A stretch of 64,000 nucleotides of DNA from an uncultured Spirochaetota bacterium (GCA_963745235.1 CAVUXE010000029.1:137507-201506), one strand, 5' to 3'; positions 1-10,074 are shown, counted from the stretch's first letter. Numbers and translations: made by a program. The notes: generated from the letters alone by a model not told the origin.

Positions 1-852
1 CCTTCCCTCGAGCCAGTTGCGCCGCTGCTCCGTGGCCGCGAGGGGGAGCTCACAGGAGATCCCTCCGCTGACTGAATGCAGTGAGACAATGGCGTCGAGA
101 CCCGAAGGCGCGTCCAGCCCGACTCCGCCGGACACGGTGCGCACGCTGACGGAGCCGCCCTGGTCCAGGGACGCGATCCGCCCTTCGATGGACCCCGACA
201 CCGTATGCGCGTCCAGCCTGCTGCCGGCGAACACGAACTGAACCGATCCGCTGGTGGAGGATGCGTCCAGGTTTCTTGCGCCGCTGGTCTCAATGGAACC
301 TGATATCGTCGAAAGATTCTGATCGATGCCCTCGCCCACGCCCCGCACCGTGACGCTTCCACTGACAGAGTGCGCCTCGATTGTCTTGATCCCCCGGGGC
401 AGGGTGATGACGAAGGAGACCGTACCGGCGCTCATGACGAATCCGCCCGCGTGGCGCTCCTCGATCAACAGCCGGTCACCGCGCTTCTCAATGGCGACGT
501 TCAGGTTTTCCATTGCCGCGGGAAACATCGCGGTTTTCACGGCGTGGATCCCTACGTTGCTCCCCGTGTCGTTGCCCGGCGTGGGGCCCTGGATGTCGAT
601 CCCGCCGGCGATGTTCCGGATCTCCACCGTCGTAAAGTCGCCGGAAACCTGTTCCTCCTTCTCTTCCCGCAGCCATCCGCCTCGTTGAAAAGACCTTTCG
701 TTCCAGAACCTTTTCATCTCAGGGCCGCCCGCCGGAAAGGAGAAGGCTCGTCCGCGGAAAATGAGGGCAATGCTGGCAATGACCACGACGAGCACCATCG
801 CCCCCATGGTGATGCCGACGATGTCTATCGGGCTAAGTCTTGTTCGATTCAT
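1..852 (-). CDS. DUF4097 (adhesin-like beta-strand repeat) membrane-anchored protein, truncated by the window edge
   Basis: Manual minus-strand translation from ATG at 852: MNRTRLSPIDIVGITMGAMVLVVV (TM), then repeated SVSG/TISG/TSG/TVSG motifs; open to position 1. Confidence 0.75.
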   Translation of the reverse strand, partial: MNRTRLSPIDIVGITMGAMVLVVVIASIALIFRGRAFSFPAGGPEMKRFWNERSFQRGGWLREEKEEQVSGDFTTVEIRNIAGGIDIQGPTPGNDTGSNVGIHAVKTAMFPAAMENLNVAIEKRGDRLLIEERHAGGFVMSAGTVSFVITLPRGIKTIEAHSVSGSVTVRGVGEGIDQNLSTISGSIETSGARNLDASSTSGSVQFVFAGSRLDAHTVSGSIEGRIASLDQGGSVSVRTVSGGVGLDAPSGLDAIVSLHSVSGGISCELPLAATEQRRNWLEGR

Positions 853-1114
853 CCATCTTCTCCATTTCGCGCCTTGCCACGCGGTCCACGAGGGTACCCG
901 ACTGGTAGAGGAAGGCGGAAAGGAAATGCGATGCCACTCCGATTCCCCATCCGAGGGCGGGCCACAGCCACCACTGGTATCCGCCCCAGGTCACGTTATT
1001 GATGAGGGCCAGCCCTCCGATAACCAGCAGGTAGATTGCCGCGTGGCGTATGAAGCCCACCTTCCGTTCGGCGATCTTTCTTGCCAGCTTGTACTTCTCA
1101 TTCGCATCAGACAT
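833..1114 (-). CDS. 2TM domain-containing protein
   Basis: MSDANEKYKLARKIAERKVGFIRHAAIY...WWLWPALGWGIGVASH, typical 2TM signature; overlaps start of next gene. Confidence 0.8.
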   Translation of the reverse strand: MSDANEKYKLARKIAERKVGFIRHAAIYLLVIGGLALINNVTWGGYQWWLWPALGWGIGVASHFLSAFLYQSGTLVDRVARREMEKMDESNKT

Positions 1115-1203
1115 CGCTGTCCCCCTCGCGCTGTAAGTTGGTTCCATAGTGCAACACCGAAAGGCGTCTTCACAGTCCCCCGCGGCCGGGCTATAAATGG
1201 CGC

Positions 1204-2715
1204 ATGGCAAAGCGTTCGGACGGGTACCTCCTGGGGTTCGACATCGGAAGCTCTTCCATAAAGGCGGCGCTGCTGGAAGCGGAGACCGGCAGGCTTGTTG
1301 CATCAGCATCATCGCCGAAAACCGAGCTCGCCATCTCGGCTCCCCGGCCGGGGTGGGCGGAACAGGACCCCGCCCTGTGGTGGGACAATGCCGTTGCCGC
1401 CGCCGCTGCTTTGAAGGCGGCCGCCGGAAAGGAGTACGGCGCCGTCGCGGCCATCGGCATCTCCTACCAGATGCATGGCCTGGTCGTCATGGACAAAGGC
1501 GGGAGGGTCCTTCGGCCCTCCATCATCTGGTGCGACAGCCGGGCGGTGGACCTGGGGGAACGGGCGTTCAGGGGGATCGGAGAAAAGACCTGCCTCTCGC
1601 GCCTCCTGAACTCACCGGGCAACTTCACCGCCTCCAAGCTCGCCTGGGTCAAGGAGAACGAGCCGGACGTGTTCTCCCGGGTCAGCACGTTTCTCCTCCC
1701 GGGGGATTGGGTTGCCTTCCGAATGACGGGGGAGGCCTGCACCACCACCTCGGGTCTCTCGGAGGGGGTGCTGTGGGACTTCACCACGGGCGGGAAGGCC
1801 GACGTGGTTCTTGACTGGTATGGCATCCCCGGCAATCTGGTGCCGGAGGTCCGCCCCAGTTTTTCGACGCAGGGGGAGCTGTCAACGGAAGCAGCGAACG
1901 CTCTCGGCCTGGCAAAAGGGATACCCGTCTCCTACCGGGCAGGGGACCAGCCGAACAACGCGTTTTCCCTGCGGGTGCTGGATCCCGGGGAAGCGGCCAC
2001 CACGGCCGGGACCTCGGGGGTCGTCTACGGCGTGGCGGGCAAGCCGTGCTACGACCGCCTCTCCCGCGTGAACACGTTCGTCCACGTGAGTCACACCGAG
2101 TCTGCGCCCCGCTACGGGGTGCTGCTCTGCGTCAACGGGACGGGAATTCTCAACAGCTGGATGAAACGCATCCTGGTTGGTGACAGCGGCGCCGTCTCCT
2201 ACGACCAGATGAACCGGGTTGCAGCCCAGGCCCCCATTGGCGCGGAAGGGGTGACGATCCTCCCCTTCGGCAACGGCGCGGAGCGAACGCTGGAAAACCG
2301 GACTATTGGCAGCTCCCTACTGGGGCTGGATTTCAACAGGCACGGCATCCCTCACCTGCTGCGCGCCTCCCAGGAGGGCATCGTTTTCGCTCTCCACTAC
2401 GGCTTGAAGATCATGCGGGACATGGGCACGGAGGCAAGGACGGTGCGCGCCGGCCATGCGAACATGTTCCTCAGCGCCATCTTCCGGGAGGCATTCTCGA
2501 CCGTGACCGGGGCTCGCGTGGAGCTGTACAACACTGACGGCTCGCAGGGCGCCGCGCGCGGCGCCGGGCTCGGGGCGGGCATGTACCCGAGCAGCAAGGA
2601 AGCCTTTGTCGGGCTGACGGCAGTCATGACGGTGGAGCCTGATCCCGCCAAGGGGCCCGCCTACCAGGAGGCATACGGGAGGTGGGAGCGCGCCCTGGAA
2701 GCTGCCATGCGATAG
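1204..2715 (+). CDS. xylB: Xylulokinase (FGGY carbohydrate kinase)
   Basis: GFDIGSSSIKA, ISYQMHGLV, IIWCDSRA, AGDQPNNA, AGTSGVVY motifs. Confidence 0.85.
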   Translation: MAKRSDGYLLGFDIGSSSIKAALLEAETGRLVASASSPKTELAISAPRPGWAEQDPALWWDNAVAAAAALKAAAGKEYGAVAAIGISYQMHGLVVMDKGGRVLRPSIIWCDSRAVDLGERAFRGIGEKTCLSRLLNSPGNFTASKLAWVKENEPDVFSRVSTFLLPGDWVAFRMTGEACTTTSGLSEGVLWDFTTGGKADVVLDWYGIPGNLVPEVRPSFSTQGELSTEAANALGLAKGIPVSYRAGDQPNNAFSLRVLDPGEAATTAGTSGVVYGVAGKPCYDRLSRVNTFVHVSHTESAPRYGVLLCVNGTGILNSWMKRILVGDSGAVSYDQMNRVAAQAPIGAEGVTILPFGNGAERTLENRTIGSSLLGLDFNRHGIPHLLRASQEGIVFALHYGLKIMRDMGTEARTVRAGHANMFLSAIFREAFSTVTGARVELYNTDGSQGAARGAGLGAGMYPSSKEAFVGLTAVMTVEPDPAKGPAYQEAYGRWERALEAAMR

Positions 2716-2727
2716 GCGGGGGCCGAC

Positions 2728-4350
2728 CTATCGGAGGGGAACGCCCGCGTTCAAGGGACTCTCTTTCTTGCCGGCCCCGATTATTTTCCGGCCGTTCATG
2801 AAGACGTAGTCGATGCCTTCAGGGGTGCGGTTCCCGTCCGGGGATGCCCTCACGTTCTCCCAATCCAGCACGACAATGTCCGCGGCCAATCCTTCCTTGA
2901 GCAGTCCGCGGTCACGGAGGTCAAACCTCTCCGCAACGGCCCCCGTCATCCTGCGGACGGCTTCCTCCAGAGGCAGGACCTTCTCCTCTCGTGAAACCTG
3001 CAGCGCCCGCACCAGCCCACAAAACGCCGAGGGGTTGTCTCCACCGAGGCGCTCAACCGCAGCCCCGGTCATGAAAAGGCAGGCCCGATGCCGCATGAGC
3101 TCCGTCAGCAGCTTGTCGTTTCCCATTTTCTGGCAGAGAAGACGCGCCCGACCGCCGCTCCTCCGCGCTATCTCGATCAGCGCATCAGAGGGGCTGAGCC
3201 GGCGAAGCCGCGCAATCTCCGACAGCGGCTTGCCGTTGTATTCCGCCATGTCCTGGGTCATCGTGTCGGTTATCCGTAGATCTGCCGCTGACATGGCAAG
3301 CTGTCTCCCGGATTTGCGGACTTCTTTGCGGAGAGTCCGCAACGCTTCGCCATCTTCGAATGCGGCCGCTCCCCTGGCGAGGAACCATGGTGACAGCGCC
3401 GTGCTGACACGGGTCACTGCTTCGTGGACGGCGCAAGTGTCGAACCTCACGTCCAATCCGTCGGTGAGGGCCTTGTCGATGAGTCGAAGAGCCGTCTCCG
3501 CGGTGCGCCAGGTTCGGGAGCCGAGAAACGCAAGGTGCGAGATCTGGAGCCTGACCCCCGTCTGTCGGGCAAGATCCAGCAGCTCCCGCAGCGCCGCGAT
3601 GTTGCTCGGTTCGCTGAACGAGCGCCGGGATCGTCCCGGGGCCTCGGCGCAAACGCTCCGCGGATGAACGGACAGGATCCTCCCGCGGTGCTTCACCAGG
3701 AGCGCAATCTCCTTCAGCTCCTCCGGGCGCGCAAAGAGCCCGGGCGCCAGGTGCAGTCCCACGGAAACCCCGCGGGCCCCCTGCTCCATCGCGATCTCCA
3801 GGAGGCGCAGCAGCTCCTTTGACTCGTAGGGATGAAGCGGGGACGGGTCCAGTCCGCGGATGGACGCTCGACTGGAGCCGTGCCCGGCCATCAGGGCGAG
3901 GTTGTGGCTTGTCCCCGAACCCTGGAGCCTCTCGAACAGCTCATCCACGGTGTCCCACTGGAGCGCCAGCTGACCGCTTGAAAACGGGTTGTCCGCCACC
4001 TGTTCCCGCCAACGTGAGCTTTCGCGCAGCCCGGCCGGCGCCCATCCGCAATTGCCGCCGATCACCGTCGTAATGCCCTGGGCCAGGAAGGGGTACCTCA
4101 GCTCGTCATGTCCCTTGAGCGGCAGGTGCCAATCCAGGTGTGAGTGCGCATCGATGAACCCGGGGGCCACCACCCGGTCGGTGCAGTCGATCATCACGCC
4201 GGTGGTTCGGATGGGGCGTGCGGAGATGCGATGCACGCGGCCGGCGCGGATGAGGAGGTTGCCGACAACCGGCTTGTCCCCTGTCCCGTCCACGATGAGG
4301 CCGTTTTTCAGCACCAGGTCCTGGTTTTCCCTGCCGGCATCCCGCTTCAT
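2728..4350 (-). CDS. N-acyl-D-amino-acid deacylase family amidohydrolase
   Basis: APGFIDAHSH, GITTVIGGNCG, DRGLLKEGLAADIVV, GIDYVFMNG. Confidence 0.8.
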   Translation of the reverse strand: MKRDAGRENQDLVLKNGLIVDGTGDKPVVGNLLIRAGRVHRISARPIRTTGVMIDCTDRVVAPGFIDAHSHLDWHLPLKGHDELRYPFLAQGITTVIGGNCGWAPAGLRESSRWREQVADNPFSSGQLALQWDTVDELFERLQGSGTSHNLALMAGHGSSRASIRGLDPSPLHPYESKELLRLLEIAMEQGARGVSVGLHLAPGLFARPEELKEIALLVKHRGRILSVHPRSVCAEAPGRSRRSFSEPSNIAALRELLDLARQTGVRLQISHLAFLGSRTWRTAETALRLIDKALTDGLDVRFDTCAVHEAVTRVSTALSPWFLARGAAAFEDGEALRTLRKEVRKSGRQLAMSAADLRITDTMTQDMAEYNGKPLSEIARLRRLSPSDALIEIARRSGGRARLLCQKMGNDKLLTELMRHRACLFMTGAAVERLGGDNPSAFCGLVRALQVSREEKVLPLEEAVRRMTGAVAERFDLRDRGLLKEGLAADIVVLDWENVRASPDGNRTPEGIDYVFMNGRKIIGAGKKESPLNAGVPLR

Positions 4351-4448
4351 GCGTATTCTCCATCTATATCACACGCGGTACAGAATTGACAGGGCGAGGA
4401 TTGTTTTGTGAGGCTTTACTGCAACGCTCTCATGCGCCGGCGCCGGAT

Positions 4449-4994
4449 TCAGGCGCGCGCCGGCTTGTGCATGTGAATCCTGATGCCGAGTGCGATCAGG
4501 AAGATGCCGAAGACGATGGCGTAGAGTCCCAGCAGCCAGACCAGGCCCAGGATCCCGGCGCCGGGGAAGACCATCAGGATGACGGCGAATGCGATGGAAA
4601 CGAGCCCGGTAAGTATCCACCAGAGCTCGCCTTTGATCTCCTTGCGCATGCGGATGGCCCCCACTATCTCGATGATGCCGGTTGCGAGGCTCCAGGCCGC
4701 GATGTAGAAAAGAAGGCCGATGGCGGTGACTCCCGGGGAGAAGAAGGTGATTATCCCTATGCCGATCCCCAGAAGCCCCTCGAACAGGAGGACCCACCGG
4801 TCATCCCGCTCTTTCCGGCTTCCTATTGCCTTGATCACGAGGAAAACGCCGTCAACGAAGGCGTAGGCGCCGAAAACGATGATGAGCGCGGCGAGGGTGA
4901 TCCCCGGCCAGACCCAGGCCAGCACACCGAGCCCAATGGCGAGGATCCCCCTGATGAGGAAGGCCCACCAGTAGCGAGACAGCGCTTCGATCAT
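4449..4994 (-). CDS. HdeD/DUF308 family membrane protein
   Basis: WWAFLIRGILAI..WPG, repeated hydrophobic helices typical of DUF308. Confidence 0.85.
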   Translation of the reverse strand: MIEALSRYWWAFLIRGILAIGLGVLAWVWPGITLAALIIVFGAYAFVDGVFLVIKAIGSRKERDDRWVLLFEGLLGIGIGIITFFSPGVTAIGLLFYIAAWSLATGIIEIVGAIRMRKEIKGELWWILTGLVSIAFAVILMVFPGAGILGLVWLLGLYAIVFGIFLIALGIRIHMHKPARA

Positions 4995-5168
4995 GCTGCA
5001 TCTCCTTTCACGCGACGCTCACTCGGGCGCACCGCCAGCAGTCCCCGGGACAGGTCATTTGTCTGGCGCTCGATCGAAAGATACCGACGTTCACGGCAAC
5101 GCGACCACAGAATTGTCGAACCGTTGTTTGTTGCCAGAACGCCTCACCAGGGGTACTTTCGTTGAGAC

Positions 5169-5570
5169 ATGAGAAGACTGTTGCTGCTCTTCCTTTTTCT
5201 TGCAGTTTTTTCATCCGCCTGCCTGTCTTCCCAGTCCCTGGTTGGCACCTGGGTATCCACGGAGCACTCCCTGGTGAGCCTGAGATTCAGTCTGACCTTT
5301 TACGAGAAGGACTATCTCATAAATACTTCCTTCGGGCAGACAATCGGCACGTACTACTGCACGACAGACAAGATCTACTTCAGCCCCACGAAAGCGGGAA
5401 TCAACGGCGGAGACATCGGGAAGAACGATACGTGGAGCTACAGGTTCGCTGACGAGGATTCCTTCTCCATGAGCAGCGGCATCATCACGATAAGGCTCGT
5501 CAGGGCAGGCTCGAAAGAATGGGAACAGGCTCAACGGGAAGAGGCCGCGGCGGGCCGCCATGGCAGGTAG
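5169..5570 (+). CDS. Hypothetical lipoprotein
   Basis: MRR + hydrophobic stretch + SSAC lipobox-like motif, followed by LVGTW. Confidence 0.6.
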   Translation: MRRLLLLFLFLAVFSSACLSSQSLVGTWVSTEHSLVSLRFSLTFYEKDYLINTSFGQTIGTYYCTTDKIYFSPTKAGINGGDIGKNDTWSYRFADEDSFSMSSGIITIRLVRAGSKEWEQAQREEAAAGRHGR

Positions 5571-5614
5571 GTCACCTTTCTGTTTGCTGGAAAATCGCCT
5601 AAGATATCACCCAT

Positions 5615-5652
5615 GATCGAGTCGCGGGAATAGGATCGAGTCGCAGGAACAG
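5615..5652. repeat. 19-bp tandem direct repeat immediately upstream of the PfkB kinase start
   Basis: gatcgagtcgcgggaatag / gatcgagtcgcaggaacag (17/19 identical). Confidence 0.8.
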
Positions 5653-5653
5653 C

Positions 5654-6484
5654 ATGGTATTCGTCGTCGGCGCCGTTGCAATCGACCTCGTTGCCGTCAA
5701 GGAAAAGTTCCTCGAAGGCACGTCCAACCCGTCTGACATCCGCCTGGGGCTTGGCGGCGTGGGATACAGGATATTCAGCAATCTCGACGCCCCCCGGAAG
5801 TTCATCACGGCTCTCGCGAACGACCCCATTTCGCGGTGGGCACGGGAGGCCCTGGAGGCGGATGACGGCGTGGCCATCCAGCGCGTGAGGGAGAAGGATG
5901 CAGGCCCGCCCTTGTACCTTGCGCTCATGGAGAGCGGGAGCCTCAAAGTCGCCGCATCGGATTTCAGGATCGTCGAACAATCCCTGTCCGTTTCCTTTGT
6001 CGTGGAGCAGATCGGAGAGCCGGGGCCGCGGGACTTCCTCATCCTGGATGCAAACCTTTCTCCCGCGGTGCTTGCCGACCTCGCACGGAGATACTCGGCA
6101 GGCACCCGCGTCATCGTCGAGCCAGTGTCAGTGGAGAAGGCCGCCCGCCATGCGGATGCCCTGCGGGACTTGTTCCTTCTCACCCCGACAGAGGAGGAGA
6201 TGGCCGCCCTGGCGGGAGGAATTCCTCAAGACTATCGCCGCGCCAGAAGGATCGGTTCACTGCTGGTCACACTCGGGAGGCGCGGGGTGCGGTTGTACGA
6301 TGATGAGGGGGAGGAGGCAATCTCTCCGACCCTCGTGGTGGATGCCCCGGACACGACGGGTGCGGGGGACCTCCTGCTGGCCTCACTCGTTTCCCGGGTG
6401 CATGCGGGAGAGGGCGTGCGGACAGCCGTGCGCGGAGCCATGCAGGCCGTGGAGCAGAGACTGCAGGCAGGAGACCTCTTGTGA
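5654..6484 (+). CDS. psuK: PfkB-family kinase, probable pseudouridine kinase
   Basis: ILDANLS, EPVSVEKA, DTTGAGD motifs; stop overlaps the psuG GTG start. Confidence 0.7.
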   Translation: MVFVVGAVAIDLVAVKEKFLEGTSNPSDIRLGLGGVGYRIFSNLDAPRKFITALANDPISRWAREALEADDGVAIQRVREKDAGPPLYLALMESGSLKVAASDFRIVEQSLSVSFVVEQIGEPGPRDFLILDANLSPAVLADLARRYSAGTRVIVEPVSVEKAARHADALRDLFLLTPTEEEMAALAGGIPQDYRRARRIGSLLVTLGRRGVRLYDDEGEEAISPTLVVDAPDTTGAGDLLLASLVSRVHAGEGVRTAVRGAMQAVEQRLQAGDLL

Positions 6485-7395
6485 CAGACTTTGTGTCCCT
6501 CTCTCCCGAGGTGGCGCAGGCCCTGGCGGACCACCGGCCCGTTCTGGCCTTCGAGTCCACCATCATCAGCCACGGCATGCCCTATCCCCGCAACATGGAG
6601 ACGGCCCAGGAAGCGGAGCGACTGGCTCGGGCTGCCGGCGTTGTTCCCGCCACAATCGCCGTCATGGACGGCAGCGTTGCAGTTGGCCTCTCGGAAGCCC
6701 GGCTTTCCCGGCTCGCCACGGAGAAGGACGTCCTCAAGGTGTCACGGCGAGACCTCGCGTGGGCGCTTGCGGCGCGCCGGACGGGCGCGACAACGGTGTC
6801 TGCAACCATGCTCGCCGCCAGACTGGCCGGCATCAGCGTGTTCGCGACGGGCGGCATCGGCGGGGTCCACAGGGGCGCCCAGGATACCTTCGATATTTCC
6901 GCTGATCTTGCCGAGCTTGCTTCCACGTCGGTCCTCGTGGTGTCCGCCGGGGCAAAAGCCATCCTGGATCTGCCCCGGACTCTGGAAGTGCTGGAAACCC
7001 TCGGTGTCCCCGTGATCGGCTTCGGGACCGCGGAGTTTCCCGCATTCTATTCGAGGTCCAGCGGCCTGCCCCTTTCCCTCCGCGCGGACACCCCTGCCGA
7101 GGCTGCGGCGGTGCTTCGGGCCCAGCGCGCCCTGGGTCTTCCCCAGGGCATCCTTGTGGCCAATCCAGTCCCCGCGGAGTGGGAGATTCCGCTCGCAACC
7201 ATGGACGCCTGGATTCGCCAGGCCCTTGCGGACCTGCGGAAACGCGGCGTCACGGGGAAGGCGGTCACGCCGTTTCTCCTGTCACGCATCGTCGAGCTTT
7301 CCGGAGGCAAGTCGCTGGAAACGAATGTGAAGCTCTTTCATCACAATGTTCGGCTCGGAAGCGCAATAGCGGCGGACCTTGCTCGAACGCCCTGA
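6481..7395 (+). CDS. psuG: Pseudouridine-5'-phosphate glycosidase
   Basis: ESTIISHGMPYP, TTVSATM, FATGGIGGVHRG, DISADL, GKAVTPFLL. Confidence 0.95.
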   Translation: MTDFVSLSPEVAQALADHRPVLAFESTIISHGMPYPRNMETAQEAERLARAAGVVPATIAVMDGSVAVGLSEARLSRLATEKDVLKVSRRDLAWALAARRTGATTVSATMLAARLAGISVFATGGIGGVHRGAQDTFDISADLAELASTSVLVVSAGAKAILDLPRTLEVLETLGVPVIGFGTAEFPAFYSRSSGLPLSLRADTPAEAAAVLRAQRALGLPQGILVANPVPAEWEIPLATMDAWIRQALADLRKRGVTGKAVTPFLLSRIVELSGGKSLETNVKLFHHNVRLGSAIAADLARTP

Positions 7396-7407
7396 GGTGC
7401 AGGAGAT

Positions 7408-8373
7408 ATGCAGATGCAGAACCGCATCGAGGCAATAGATCAGTACCGCGGGATAGCGATCATCCTCATGGTCATCGCAAACTACCTCTTCGATGTGACA
7501 ACCATACCTGGTTGGCTCAAGCATGCGCCGGACATCGGGCTCACCGTCATCGACCTGATAGCCCCGTTCTTCATATTCGCGATCGGGCTCACCTACGGCG
7601 CCTCGTACCGCGCCCGCGTTGAGCGCGACGGGGCGGCACGGACGTGGGGACACTTCCTGCGGAGATGGCTCGCGTTGATCGGCATCGGGGCCATCATCTC
7701 CGCCGGCGAGGTCCTGGTGGGCAAGAACGCGAGCCCCATCAGCTGGGGCGTGCTGCAGGCAATCGGCGTGGCCGGCATCGTCACCCTGCTCGTGATCCGC
7801 GTGCCGCCGCTGTGGCGCGCGCTCATCGCGCTGGTGATGCTTGCGGCCTACCAGCTCCTTCTGGACAACCTGTGGCTCTCCACCGTGCTGCACTCTGAGC
7901 ACGGCGGCATGGAGGGCGCCGTTGCCTGGTCAGCCATGCTCATACTCTCCAGCGTGGTTGCCGACGTGTGGCGGAGGAATGGTTCGAGCGAGCTCGGCGT
8001 TGCCTGGCCCAGCGCGGTGGCTCTTGCGGCCGGCCTCCTCCTGTCTCTCGTTGCTCCCATCAGCAAGAACCGCGTCTCAGCGAGCTACGTTCTGGTCAGC
8101 CTCGGGGCGAGCGGCCTTCTCTTTGCAGTTGTGCAGTTTGCTGTAAGCCGGCTGCGCTTCCGTCCCGCGTATCTCAGGTGGTGGGGAATCAATCCGCTCC
8201 TGCTGTACGTGATGCACTACCTGCTGCTTGCCCTGGTGGTCCTCCCGGACGCCCCCTGGTGGCACGTGCAGGCCTCCATTCCCCTTGTGGTGGCGCAGGC
8301 CGCGGGGATCATAGCCATTCTGAGTGTTGCCGCGTGGCTCCTCTCGCGACGGAAGCAGCCGTTCTCCCTGTAA
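7408..8373 (+). CDS. Heparan-alpha-glucosaminide N-acetyltransferase-like (DUF1624/DUF5009) membrane protein
   Basis: RIEAIDQYRGIAIILM, DLIAPFFIFAIG, WGVLQAIG, PISKNRVSASYVL. Confidence 0.75.
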   Translation: MQMQNRIEAIDQYRGIAIILMVIANYLFDVTTIPGWLKHAPDIGLTVIDLIAPFFIFAIGLTYGASYRARVERDGAARTWGHFLRRWLALIGIGAIISAGEVLVGKNASPISWGVLQAIGVAGIVTLLVIRVPPLWRALIALVMLAAYQLLLDNLWLSTVLHSEHGGMEGAVAWSAMLILSSVVADVWRRNGSSELGVAWPSAVALAAGLLLSLVAPISKNRVSASYVLVSLGASGLLFAVVQFAVSRLRFRPAYLRWWGINPLLLYVMHYLLLALVVLPDAPWWHVQASIPLVVAQAAGIIAILSVAAWLLSRRKQPFSL

Positions 8374-8374
8374 G

Positions 8375-8415
8375 CGCGCTTCCCTGGGCGCGTAGTCGCG
8401 CTTCCCTGGGCGCGT
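8375..8415. repeat. Two identical 19-bp GC-rich hairpin units in tandem between convergent genes
   Basis: cgcgcttccctgggcgcgt at 8375-8393 and 8397-8415. Confidence 0.8.
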
Positions 8416-9248
8416 CATGGCTTGCGGTGCTTCTCCATCCATGCAAGGACGAAGTCAGCCACTTTCTCCCTGTCCAGATCGTTGTGCAGCTCGTGTCTCC
8501 CGCCCTCCCAGACCTTCAGCGTGACGTCCCCGGAGAGACGCTCGGCAAAAGCGATGGCCTCCTTCGGGCTCACATGGTGGTCGTCGGTCCCCTGCATCAG
8601 GAGCAAAGGCAGCGGGAACCCGGTCTGACGCCTGATCCACTCACCTGCGCGAAGCAGCTCCGCCCCGAGGCGAACGCTGACTCCTTCCTGAAAAAGGGGA
8701 TCCTTCTTTGTCCGCTCAATGACCGCTGAATCCCGTGAGAGACTCTCCCAGGGTACCTCCGTCGTTATGATCGTCCTGGGAACGATCCGGGAGAGCACTT
8801 TGCCGCCTGCTGTCTTCAGCGGCGACAGGGGTGTCCCGGGAGCCAGCAGAGGACTTGTGGCAATGACGCCGTCAAGCGACGGGGAGCGGCGCAGCACGTA
8901 GTACAACACCTGTTCTCCGCCGAGACTGTGACCGTACAGGAAAAGAGGCATGCGGGGAAAACGAAGCCTGGTCTGCTCGATGTGCCTGTCGATGTCTCCC
9001 ATCAGGTCCTCGAATGACGAGGCGTAAAGCCGTGGCCCTCCCGTCCTGCCGTGGCCGCGCAGGTCGAACGCGCTGAGCGCGTAGCCCGCCGCCGGCAGCC
9101 TTTCCACCAGCAGGGGGTAGCGGCCCGAGTGCTCTCCCAACCCGTGCACCAGCGCGACCACCGCCTTCGGCGTTCCCTCCGGCGCCCATGACTGCGCGAA
9201 CATCTCGAGACCGTCCGCCGCCTTCCATGAATACTCCGCATGTTTCAT
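8415..9248 (-). CDS. Lysophospholipase-like alpha/beta hydrolase
   Basis: VHGLGEHSGRY, DLRGHG, GHSLGG nucleophile, HELHND; likely start MKHAEYSW at 9248. Confidence 0.9.
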   Translation of the reverse strand: MKHAEYSWKAADGLEMFAQSWAPEGTPKAVVALVHGLGEHSGRYPLLVERLPAAGYALSAFDLRGHGRTGGPRLYASSFEDLMGDIDRHIEQTRLRFPRMPLFLYGHSLGGEQVLYYVLRRSPSLDGVIATSPLLAPGTPLSPLKTAGGKVLSRIVPRTIITTEVPWESLSRDSAVIERTKKDPLFQEGVSVRLGAELLRAGEWIRRQTGFPLPLLLMQGTDDHHVSPKEAIAFAERLSGDVTLKVWEGGRHELHNDLDREKVADFVLAWMEKHRKP

Positions 9249-9305
9249 CAGGGAACCCCCTTTTCCGGATGCCTCGGATTCTACTATGATCCGACCAGGT
9301 CCGCC

Positions 9306-10074
9306 ATGCGAAATATCATCACCGTTGCCATTGACGCCGCCCGGGAGGCCGGGACATTTCTCCGTGAAAGCCATCACACGTCGCTCACCGTGGAGACCAA
9401 GGAAGACAGGAGCCTCGTGACCAACGTTGATCGCGAAGCGGAACGGATCATCGTCTCACGCATCGAAGCCGCCTTTCCGTCCCATGACATCATCGCGGAG
9501 GAGAGGGGACAGACCTCGCGGGGCTCGGACCACTGCTGGGTGATCGATCCCATGGATGGCACTCACAACTACATCCGGGGGATGGGGATCTATGGCGTCT
9601 CGATCGGCGTGATCCAGCGGGGCTCCTTCGTTGCCGGGGCCATCTTCATACCGGAGACCGATGAGATGTATGGCGCAGAACAGGGGGCGGGATCCTTCCG
9701 AAACGGGAACCGCATCCACGTCTCCCGGCGATCCGACCTTTCCGCCTGTACCATGGCTTTCGATTCCGAGCTTCGCCAGGAGACGCCTCGCAAGCTGCGC
9801 GTGCTGGGAGAGCTCTGCCCGCGCATTTTCAACATACGGCTTTTCGGCTCCACGGCCAGAAACCTTTCCCACATCGCGGAAGGAGTCCTTGACGGGGTGA
9901 TCGAGTTCTCGGACAAGCTCTGGGATTTTGCCGCCGGCGCCGTGATCGTCACCGAGGCGGGAGGACGGATGACCGCGCTTCGACGGAGCGGCGCTGACCC
10001 CCGGTGATACCGCCTACATCGCGTCCAACGGGCTCGTCCATGAATCGCTTGAAAGAATCGCCAACTCTGCATAA
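9306..10074 (+). CDS. Inositol monophosphatase family protein (one frameshift near 9980)
   Basis: WVIDPMDGTHNY and WDFAAG motifs; C-terminal IASNGLVH lies in a shifted frame ending TAA 10074. Confidence 0.85.
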
